Origin: an uncultured Anaerolineaceae bacterium
GTDB taxonomy: Bacteria > Chloroflexota > Anaerolineae > Anaerolineales > UBA4823
NCBI GenBank assembly: GCA_964484335.1
Contig: CAZAGA010000002.1
Location: forward strand, 1 to 35,579
DNA: 35,579 bases
Direction of reading: 5' to 3'
Shown: positions 17,974 through 25,672 of the stretch, piece by piece
How the letters are laid out: each line of letters starts with the position of its first letter
Position numbering within the stretch: position 1 is the stretch's first letter
Program-made: the position numbers and the translations under genes
The notes under the pieces: model-generated
What the model saw: the letters and a program-made list of their open reading frames with translations, nothing else
What the model was told of the DNA's origin: nothing
Database searches by the model: none

Positions 17974-20237
17974 GTTTCCCTTTCCTTTAGCAACTTTTGC
18001 CAGTAATTTTCCAAAGCGATAAATGCCTGGGCGGGCTGCATATTGCCTTGCTTGCCACTATTCCAGGTCAAGACCAATTCTTTCTTTGCGCGGGTAAGAC
18101 CGACATACAATAAGCGCAGGCGTTCGCGTACATAATTCAAGCGCGCGTCAAGAGTAGCAGCACCTTCCTCATACCACTCATAGGCATCCTGGCTCAAAGC
18201 AGCCTTCAACTGGGCTAATGTTTCTTCCGCCAAGTTTAACTGGTTTCGCAAAAACCATTTTTCAGGCAGATATCGATCACCCGGCAGACCAGCCGGAAAA
18301 TCATAATTATTGACCGACATCAAGTACACCCGATCCCATTCGAGTCCTTTGGCTTTATGAAGTGTGCCCAGGACCACCTTCCCACGATAGTGATCTGGAT
18401 CGAACGCCCGGTCATACTGACTGAAGTTCAGCATCCGGCGTTCGTTGCGCACCATCTCGCCCAATTCTTTCGCCAGGTCGGGTAAGCGCAGGGAAGGATC
18501 GATCTGGCAAGTTTGCTGCAGCAAGCCAGCCAGTTTATAGGTGATTGCTAATTCGGTCGGATCGGTCAATAGCTCCTGGGCGAGGATTAAGACCAGTTGG
18601 TCAATTGGCAGGATCACAGCGGCTTGCCAGCGGCGGACCGCCTGGCGGAAAGACTCCAGATCGTCCAAAACCACTGGAGCGAGACCGGCAGCAGCCTGTT
18701 CCGCCAACCAATCCAATTCCAACCCAGGGTACAGGTAATCTTCCACCCGTTTGAGTTTATGAATTAACTCCGCCCGCGCTTCGTATTCTTTGCGCGCCTC
18801 ATCATTCACCTGTTCAGCTTTATGCCAGACCCGGTAGGCCTGGGCTAGCTTGTTTGCCGACCCCGGATCTGCCAGGGCGCTTAAAATTGCGGTTAACTGC
18901 CCAACAGAGAGGCGTGTAGCGCTCGAACTACGCAGTAGGCTGTCCTCAAAGTCGATCCTGCGAGCGCGCAGCTCGTCTGCCAGGGCGCTGCCGCGATGAT
19001 TGGTCGGCGACAGGACAGCGACTGTGGTTTGGGTGTGCTCAGGCAAGTAGCGCGCCAAGGAGTCAGCGATGAGTTGGATCTCTTTCTCGGGCGTCAGTCG
19101 CCTGGAGTACAGAAAGACCTGATCCGGCTGGTCGGGTGGATTGGCCTGGGGATCGCCCGGCAAAGTCGGCTTGATCAGGGGCGGCGAACGGAGGGCATCG
19201 CGTACTTCTGTCACCAGGTGGTCTTCTTGGGTCCAACGCACCAGTTCATTAGCCAGGTTGATAATGCTCAGGGTTGAGCGACCTGACTCGGGCAGGGACT
19301 GCGAATTAACCCCCGGGCTGTGGATGAAATCAATCAGGAACTGCGGGTTTGCAGTGGTAAAGGTCTCGTAAATCGCCTGGTTGGGATCGCCAACCCGGAC
19401 CCAATTCCCTTGTGAGCCAGCCAGGCGGCGCAAGATCTCTTCCTGCAACCGGCTGCTATCCTGGGCCTCATCTTCAAGGATGTAAGGCCAGCGATCCTGC
19501 AAACGGGCGAGCAGATCCGGGTTGGTTTCCAAAGCCAGGAGAGCCAGGCGCATCAGGTCATCGAAATCTACCGCTCCACGATAATTCAAAGCGCGCTGAT
19601 ACTCGATGTACATCTCCAGGCCCATCTCTGCCAGGGGCAACGCGACAGGCAGCCGGTCCAGGCGTTGGCGAAGCTGCTCAGGGGTCTGGCCAAGATCTTT
19701 CGAATAACGGATGAAACCTACGGCACACTCGCGCACCACTTCGGGGATCTTTTCCCGATAAAGGGAAGGCAGACTGTTTTCATCCAGGCTTTCTTTGAGG
19801 TAGGAATCCAGGCCCGCAGGATGGCTTTTCAACCAGCTCCGAACCACCTCATCCAAGATGGCATTGGTTTCTCGCTCGTCAGCAATGGAGAAATTCTCGG
19901 CCAGCCCAACCAACGAAGGGCGCTCACGAACGATGTCATGCGACAAGCCGTGCAGAGTTCGAACGCGATAACCCAGGTTAGGCAACAATTCATACGACTC
20001 AACGAATTGACCGACCCGCTGGTAGAAATTATCAACCGCCGAATTGACCAGCGTGACCACCAAAACTTCCTGATCTTCTCGCAAGACCCCGCTTCGCAAG
20101 ATTTCGGCTGCCAGAAGGGAAAGCGTCCAGGTTTTCCCGCTTCCTGGCACGGCGGCAATCCCCATCCTTCCGCCTTGGTAGCGCAAGATCCGTTTTTGGG
20201 ACGGTCGTAGCTGAACTTCAGGCCTTTTTGACTTCAT
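17970..20237 (-). CDS. UvrD/Rep-type SF1 DNA helicase without a nuclease domain (AddA-like motor)
   Basis: 755 aa with a complete SF1 motif set: I AVPGSGKT, II ILEDEAQD, III VGDPNQAIY, V LHKAKGLEWD, VI YVGLTRAKKEL. The protein ends about 45 aa after motif VI. The ATG overlaps the upstream stop (ATGA, 20234-20237). Confidence 0.85.
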   Translation of the reverse strand: MKSKRPEVQLRPSQKRILRYQGGRMGIAAVPGSGKTWTLSLLAAEILRSGVLREDQEVLVVTLVNSAVDNFYQRVGQFVESYELLPNLGYRVRTLHGLSHDIVRERPSLVGLAENFSIADERETNAILDEVVRSWLKSHPAGLDSYLKESLDENSLPSLYREKIPEVVRECAVGFIRYSKDLGQTPEQLRQRLDRLPVALPLAEMGLEMYIEYQRALNYRGAVDFDDLMRLALLALETNPDLLARLQDRWPYILEDEAQDSSRLQEEILRRLAGSQGNWVRVGDPNQAIYETFTTANPQFLIDFIHSPGVNSQSLPESGRSTLSIINLANELVRWTQEDHLVTEVRDALRSPPLIKPTLPGDPQANPPDQPDQVFLYSRRLTPEKEIQLIADSLARYLPEHTQTTVAVLSPTNHRGSALADELRARRIDFEDSLLRSSSATRLSVGQLTAILSALADPGSANKLAQAYRVWHKAEQVNDEARKEYEARAELIHKLKRVEDYLYPGLELDWLAEQAAAGLAPVVLDDLESFRQAVRRWQAAVILPIDQLVLILAQELLTDPTELAITYKLAGLLQQTCQIDPSLRLPDLAKELGEMVRNERRMLNFSQYDRAFDPDHYRGKVVLGTLHKAKGLEWDRVYLMSVNNYDFPAGLPGDRYLPEKWFLRNQLNLAEETLAQLKAALSQDAYEWYEEGAATLDARLNYVRERLRLLYVGLTRAKKELVLTWNSGKQGNMQPAQAFIALENYWQKLLKERET

Positions 20238-22375
20238 CCTGAACCTGCCGCTAATAATAAGCGTTGCAGGGCCTGCAGGAGCGGCCCACTCGATTCATAA
20301 CCCTGTTCGCCGACCTTGCTCAAGCCCAGGTAGATGCGTTCCCGGCAGCGATGCAGCAAGCCAAGCGCCAGAGTGCTCAATACTTCCTGGCCAACCTCGA
20401 GCTCATCGTACTCAGTCCAGGGACGGCCGCGTGACCAGCGCCGGCTTAAGACATAAGGATGGGTCAAGGGTTGGTTCAATCGTTCTGACCAGCCTGAGCT
20501 GCCCGCATCCAACCAGAATTGGACACTGACCGGGTGGTTGGTCATCAGAAAGGTGAATGCCGGGGCAATCAGAACGGCATCATCCGGTTGCTCGGTCCAA
20601 CTGCGTACATACTGGGCTGCAATGACACCCTGGGCAACCATCTGCAGGTACTCCCGGCCAAGCGGGATGCCTTCCTCGGCCAGGGTATCCCCGGCTACCC
20701 AACGAAATTTCTGGACCGACTCGATCAGGTTGGCAGTTACTTCAGCTGCCACAAGATCGTTGTGAAAGCCGTATCCAGGCTGAGACAGGATCTCGCCGAA
20801 CATGCGGCTGAGGAAATGATCAAACTCCCCCGGCGGCTCGCGCCGGGTGGCCAACCACTGGCGCAGTGCTTCATATCGTTCACCCACCCGGTAAGTGATC
20901 CGATTTTGGATTTCGCTTTTAATCTGGTCAAAAGATGTCAGGACAGGCAACCCATTGCGAGAGCGAAAAACAATCTCTGCCAGAAGCTGCGCCCGCACCA
21001 GGTCTAAACTTTCGATCGCCTGCATCAGCGCATAAGCCACGTCAGTCTTATTGATGGAGATTTGCCACTCCGGATAGGCCAAACCCGAAAGGGTCAGCAA
21101 GCAACGCGTGGCCGGTTCTTCGCGTAAGGCGCGCGAGGGGCGGTGTGAACGGACCGGCACCCCCCTAGCCTCCAGGCGTTTTAGCAACGAAAATCGCAAT
21201 GAATCGGAAAGATAAGGCGCCAAAACTACGATTTCCGATGGCCGGTAACCCTCTTGATGCACCAAACCGGCAACCTGGTCTGTTACCCAGTCTAACATTT
21301 CGGGGTAATAGACATGTTGCTGGTAGGCTAAAGCCTGTCGGAGTTTAGGCTTAACCAACAACCGGGGGCTTTTTCCGCCTGGCTCCACTCGGGGATCTTT
21401 TTTCTGGAGTACCGCCTCCAGACCTGCTGCTAAGGCCTGGACTGGCTCGCTCATCACCAAGCCGGAATCGAAAACCAACCGTTCCTGGCATTGTCGAGCA
21501 ATTTCCATTGTGGTTTGCGGATCAGCGCCTAGAAAGCGACGAAAACCACCCCGCCAATCGTAAATTAATAAGGCAGACTCAAATTTTGGTAGCCATTCCG
21601 ATAAGATGTCCAGGGTGAAGGGGGTGTCTTCCTCGAGGTTATCGAAAATCAGATGCCGGTAGGATTGTGCCAGGTAGGAACGGCAGAGCTCAACCGGCCA
21701 TAGTTGGGATCGAAAAAGCTCAACCTGCAAGGAATAATCAAGCAGGTTATGATCCAGGCAAAAGCGGCGAAAAAGATTGGCGCATTCCTGGACATCATCA
21801 TACACGCTGAGTTGTCCAGGTTCACCCATCCAGGCCTCTTTTAAGCGCGGGCCAATCTCGTCGACCGGGAAACCAACCAGGGCAGCCTTGTTCAGGTTGT
21901 CCAGGACCTGGCTAAATAAGCGGTTGCGATCAATTTTGACGGAGTCGAAAAATCCTTCCTTAAGCAAAGGCTCGACCAGGTGAGCCATATAATACTGGGC
22001 AGTTTCAAGATTAAGAAAGATTGGCGGGAGGTCCGGTTGCCTGAATCCGGCGCCAGCGGAGACAATTGGCCAGAACAAATCGATCATCCGCTGCGCCAAG
22101 CCGCCCAGGGTAAGGCTAGATACGACACCACCCCCCACTACCCCAGGGTCTTCCAAAGCCTGAAGATAAGGCGCGGCCAGGGTCCGTTGGGGAGTCAGGA
22201 GCAAAATCGAGCTAGCAGGGACGCCCTGCGCCATTAAGTGCAGCAGGCGGTGAACTCCAGCAGTCGTCTTCCCAGCCCCAGCTGGCCCTTCAAGGAAGAT
22301 CTTCGACTGCAATGGTTGGCGGACCAGGCTAGATTGCACTGGCTTCAAATGATGAAAGGCTAATTCTGCGAACAT
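20234..22375 (-). CDS. UvrD-like protein with intact Walker A but degenerate helicase motifs (AddB-like inactive motor, no nuclease domain)
   Basis: 713 aa. It has Walker A EGPAGAGKTT and Ia-like LLLTPQRTLA. The motif II position reads LIFDNLEEDTP, the motif III position IYDWRGGFRRFLGADP, and the motif VI position IYLGLSKVGEQG (no Arg). Confidence 0.6.
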   Translation of the reverse strand: MFAELAFHHLKPVQSSLVRQPLQSKIFLEGPAGAGKTTAGVHRLLHLMAQGVPASSILLLTPQRTLAAPYLQALEDPGVVGGGVVSSLTLGGLAQRMIDLFWPIVSAGAGFRQPDLPPIFLNLETAQYYMAHLVEPLLKEGFFDSVKIDRNRLFSQVLDNLNKAALVGFPVDEIGPRLKEAWMGEPGQLSVYDDVQECANLFRRFCLDHNLLDYSLQVELFRSQLWPVELCRSYLAQSYRHLIFDNLEEDTPFTLDILSEWLPKFESALLIYDWRGGFRRFLGADPQTTMEIARQCQERLVFDSGLVMSEPVQALAAGLEAVLQKKDPRVEPGGKSPRLLVKPKLRQALAYQQHVYYPEMLDWVTDQVAGLVHQEGYRPSEIVVLAPYLSDSLRFSLLKRLEARGVPVRSHRPSRALREEPATRCLLTLSGLAYPEWQISINKTDVAYALMQAIESLDLVRAQLLAEIVFRSRNGLPVLTSFDQIKSEIQNRITYRVGERYEALRQWLATRREPPGEFDHFLSRMFGEILSQPGYGFHNDLVAAEVTANLIESVQKFRWVAGDTLAEEGIPLGREYLQMVAQGVIAAQYVRSWTEQPDDAVLIAPAFTFLMTNHPVSVQFWLDAGSSGWSERLNQPLTHPYVLSRRWSRGRPWTEYDELEVGQEVLSTLALGLLHRCRERIYLGLSKVGEQGYESSGPLLQALQRLLLAAGSG

Positions 22376-22394
22376 TTGTTTTTATAATAATCGA

Positions 22395-22748
22395 TTATCC
22401 GAGCGCTTGCAAGAACCAAAGGATAAACATGCCTGCCAGGATGGTCAGGAGGGTATTCCGCGTCCGCCAGGCGACCAGGATTGCAGCCAAGCCAGCCAGC
22501 AGACGAAGGTTTGCAAAAGTTAGATCCAAAACCCCCTGGTTGATCAGCAACTCGGGAAAGATAATCGCAGTCAATACTGCAGGGGGAACAAACCGAAGGG
22601 CGCGCCCCAACCAGGACGGGATCTCCCAATGCGCAAAGACCAGGATGAAGGACAAGCGAATGCCATAGGTGATCAAGCCGGCGACCAGGAAAGTCAACCA
22701 GAGTTGAACCGGCGAAGCCAGGGCAGGATCAAACAGGCCGATCGTCAT
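22395..22748 (-). CDS. azlD: AzlD-family branched-chain amino acid transport protein
   Basis: 117 aa, 4 hydrophobic helices. It lies directly downstream of and overlaps an AzlC gene (ATGA at 22745-22748), the canonical AzlCD arrangement. Confidence 0.75.
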   Translation of the reverse strand: MTIGLFDPALASPVQLWLTFLVAGLITYGIRLSFILVFAHWEIPSWLGRALRFVPPAVLTAIIFPELLINQGVLDLTFANLRLLAGLAAILVAWRTRNTLLTILAGMFILWFLQALG

Positions 22749-23473
22749 CGAGAATCCCGTTCAGCGAGAGATCGCCGGCTACTTTGGAGGGTTTCCAGAC
22801 CTATACCCACCAGAATGCCAACCAGCGCGGCACTGACCAGGCCAAGCTTATAGGGCCAACGGTAGGCCAGGATAGACATCATCCCAGCGCTTAGCGCAGC
22901 CCCAATTACCGCAGGATCTTTCAAGCCGGGTGTGACCAGGGCGATGAAGGTCAAGGCCAATGTAAAATCCAGCGACCAACTGGCGGGCACCACCGCACCA
23001 AGCAGGATACCAGCCGCCGTGCTTAGTTGCCAGGAACTCCAAAGCGCCAGCCCGGCGCCCAGAAAAAACCAATGCTGCTGATCCACCCCAGACGGCTCAT
23101 TGCGTTGATAATGGAGAATGGTGACTGCGTAGGCTTCATCGGTCAACAGATAAGCCAGGATTGCTTTCCATAACCAGCTTAAGTGGCGAGTATAGGGAGC
23201 GACCGAAGCGCTGTACAAGGCATGGCGCAGATTCACTACTGCTACAGTCAGTAAAATGACCAACGATGGCGCAGCCTGGTGAACCAACTGGGTGGTGAGG
23301 ATTTGCGAAGAACCAGCAAAAATGATGGCTGATCCCGCCTGGGAAGCCCCAGGCGGGATCCCCGCGCCTAATGCCAGCACGCCATAGATCATGCCGAACG
23401 GAATCACACCAACCAGGATCGGCAGTTCAGCCTGGATACCAGCCAGGAACTGGGAACGGGCGGTTGACTCCAA
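22745..23473 (-). CDS. azlC: AzlC-family amino acid exporter subunit
   Basis: 242 aa. FLAGIQAELPILVGVIPFGMIYGVLA and FAGSSQ are typical of AzlC/YgaZ. The only available start is TTG 23473, 1 nt after the MttB-family stop. Confidence 0.75.
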   Translation of the reverse strand: MESTARSQFLAGIQAELPILVGVIPFGMIYGVLALGAGIPPGASQAGSAIIFAGSSQILTTQLVHQAAPSLVILLTVAVVNLRHALYSASVAPYTRHLSWLWKAILAYLLTDEAYAVTILHYQRNEPSGVDQQHWFFLGAGLALWSSWQLSTAAGILLGAVVPASWSLDFTLALTFIALVTPGLKDPAVIGAALSAGMMSILAYRWPYKLGLVSAALVGILVGIGLETLQSSRRSLAERDSR

Positions 23474-23474
23474 C

Positions 23475-24935
23475 TCAGTCGGTTCCGACGGTTTCTACCA
23501 TTTGAATAATCCGGCCCAGCTCCTGATCCTGATTGCCATCAATACCTTGGGGATGGTATTCCTTCAAGATCTGCTGCGCCTTGGCGCGCGCCCAATCGCG
23601 TGCACCGTCACATTTCTCTTCCCAGACATTGTACGGGCGACGATCAATCAAGGTGGGGGTCCAGCGCTGGCGCATGTATTGGCGAGTATGGCGCTGAGAC
23701 AGGTAGCTGCCGGTTTGCCCAACCGCCTTAATTACGTCTAGAGCCAAGTCCTGCGGAGTAACCTCGATTCCCTTGAACATCGACTCCAGCATGCTCCAGA
23801 TCTCACAATCCATCAGGAGCTGCTCATAGGATAGGATGCGAGAGCCATGCAATAAGCCGGCGCCTAAGAGCATATCGGACATGGTCAGGACTGCCATGTA
23901 AGAGGAGAAGCTGCTATCCACCCCGGCTTGCCAATCGGGTTCTTTAGCGCCGGTGGCATAGGCGCCCATCGAAAGCGGGACGTGATAGAAATCAGCCAGG
24001 AGATTGGAGGCCGCCCCAAACAGGTAATCTTCAGGACCACCCCCGGTATACGCCCCAGTGCGTAAATCCGTCATCGTCTGGGCAGCCGCGTAATAGACGG
24101 GGCAACCGGGGGCATGCATCTGCATCAACGCCAGGGCGGAGATCACTTCAGCATTGCCAACGACCAGTGTTCCAGCCAGGGTAATCGGCGCATTCGAACC
24201 AGCCGAGGCCATGGTCATATAACCGACAGGTAGGCCAGCTTCTGCGGCTACCAAGCCGGCCTCCAGGCTACCGCCATCATGGCCTAAGGGGCTGTAGGTG
24301 CACTGCATGATTGACAGGATCGGCCGCTTGCGTAAAGCTTCTCGACCGCCAACCAGGCCAGCTGCCATTTCCACCGCAGCATGCATCTCGCGTTCCGTCA
24401 CGATCGACTCAGTCTGGAGGTGTTTCTTGCTGACCCGCCAGACCGCCTGGAGCTCGTGTAAACTCCGGCTCTGGGGTGGACAATCTTGAGCGGAAATTGG
24501 CACCCAATGGAAAGCAATCGCTTCCAGGAAATCGGCCACGCGCGAGACATCCGTTAAATCTTGCTTGGTCGTCCGCCTGCGCTCGGCTGTGAAAGCATCC
24601 AGGATTTCCACACCGCAGCCATCGGTTCCCAAAAAGCTGTGATTGCCATCCATCGGCAGGTCTAGTTCCGCATCGAGGGCGGCCAGGTCATACACCGGGG
24701 GAGCTTTTGCCAGGTATTCTTCGACGACCTGGCCTGGTATCCGGGCGACCTGGGCCTGGCGATCTACAACTGCCCCATGAGCTTCCAGGATGTCCAGCGC
24801 TTTATTGGACGGAAAACGCACACCAACACTCTCAATCACTTCCAAGGTTGCGGTGTGGATCTGCTCGACTTCAGCCGGGGTAAGAATGTTCAGGCTTAGT
24901 TTAGGGTTTCTGATCCCTCTGATCTTTTGAGTCAT
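23475..24935 (-). CDS. MttB-superfamily (trimethylamine methyltransferase-like) methyltransferase, uninterrupted (non-pyrrolysine) paralogue 2
   Basis: 486 aa. N-terminal ILTPAEVEQIHTATLEVIESVGVRF. C-terminal LSYEQLLMDCEIW and SYLSQRHTRQYMRQ parallel LSYEKLVIDAEII and DYLALPHTRKWFRKE in the other paralogue. There is no in-frame stop. Confidence 0.8.
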   Translation of the reverse strand: MTQKIRGIRNPKLSLNILTPAEVEQIHTATLEVIESVGVRFPSNKALDILEAHGAVVDRQAQVARIPGQVVEEYLAKAPPVYDLAALDAELDLPMDGNHSFLGTDGCGVEILDAFTAERRRTTKQDLTDVSRVADFLEAIAFHWVPISAQDCPPQSRSLHELQAVWRVSKKHLQTESIVTEREMHAAVEMAAGLVGGREALRKRPILSIMQCTYSPLGHDGGSLEAGLVAAEAGLPVGYMTMASAGSNAPITLAGTLVVGNAEVISALALMQMHAPGCPVYYAAAQTMTDLRTGAYTGGGPEDYLFGAASNLLADFYHVPLSMGAYATGAKEPDWQAGVDSSFSSYMAVLTMSDMLLGAGLLHGSRILSYEQLLMDCEIWSMLESMFKGIEVTPQDLALDVIKAVGQTGSYLSQRHTRQYMRQRWTPTLIDRRPYNVWEEKCDGARDWARAKAQQILKEYHPQGIDGNQDQELGRIIQMVETVGTD

Positions 24936-24969
24936 TGCGATTTACCCTTTGGACAGAAATGTCCTGACA

Positions 24970-25632
24970 TCAATTCTTAACACCAGCCAAGCGCTTGGCC
25001 AGAGTCACTGCGCCCATTGCGTCTTCGGCATAACCATCGGCGCCGATTTCTTCCGCCCAACTGCGAGTTACTGGCGCACCGCCAACCATCACCTTAACTT
25101 GATCGCGCAACCCGGCGTTGACCAATTGTTTGATCACCTCGCGCTGCATGGTCATGGTAGTGGTCAGCAAAGCTGATAAACCAAGCAGATTGGCGTTGGT
25201 TTCTTTGATTTTGTCGATGAAGGTTGCAATGGGCACATCGACACCCAGGTCATGAACCTTGAAGCCATTGGCCGAGAGCATGGTCGCGACCAGCGATTTT
25301 CCAATTTCATGGATATCGCCTTTCACGGTCCCGATGACAACCACGCCCGGGGTTTCGATGGCCTGCTGGCGGGCTCTCAACTCGGGCTCAAGCAGCTCCA
25401 TGGCCCGCTTCATGCCATCCGCAGCAATAATCAGATCTGGCAGGAAGTAGTCGCCCTTGGCGAAGAAATCGCCGACGATGTTCATGCCAGGCATCAGTCC
25501 TTCGCGAATAATCACCAGCGGTTCCAGGCCTGCTTCTAAGGCCTGTTTGGCCAGGGCTTCGGTCGCGTCCGGGTCACCATCCACCAGGCTTTGAGAAATT
25601 TGCTCCAGTAGTTCTTTAGCATCGCCACTCAT
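24970..25632 (-). CDS. Cobalamin-binding corrinoid protein (MtbC/MttC/MtgC-like)
   Basis: 220 aa. N-terminal helical cap (SLVDGDPDATEALAKQALEAGLEP) and a B12-binding Rossmann domain with GDIHEIG (DxHxxG), LSALLTTT (SxL) and VMVGGAP (GG). AAGGAG lies upstream. Confidence 0.85.
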   Translation of the reverse strand: MSGDAKELLEQISQSLVDGDPDATEALAKQALEAGLEPLVIIREGLMPGMNIVGDFFAKGDYFLPDLIIAADGMKRAMELLEPELRARQQAIETPGVVVIGTVKGDIHEIGKSLVATMLSANGFKVHDLGVDVPIATFIDKIKETNANLLGLSALLTTTMTMQREVIKQLVNAGLRDQVKVMVGGAPVTRSWAEEIGADGYAEDAMGAVTLAKRLAGVKN

Positions 25633-25672
25633 TGCACAGTTCTCCTTCTTTGAAATAGTTTAGGGAATCCAA

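Noticed and set aside
17407-22237. Numerous 60-180-aa antisense or alternative-frame ORFs inside the helicase, nuclease and recJ genes (for example 19665..20210, 20519..21007, 17586..17990).
   Set aside because: All are fully nested in long ORFs with clear SF1, PD-(D/E)XK or DHH motifs. They lack RBSs and have Arg/Gly/Pro-rich translations typical of GC-rich shadow frames.
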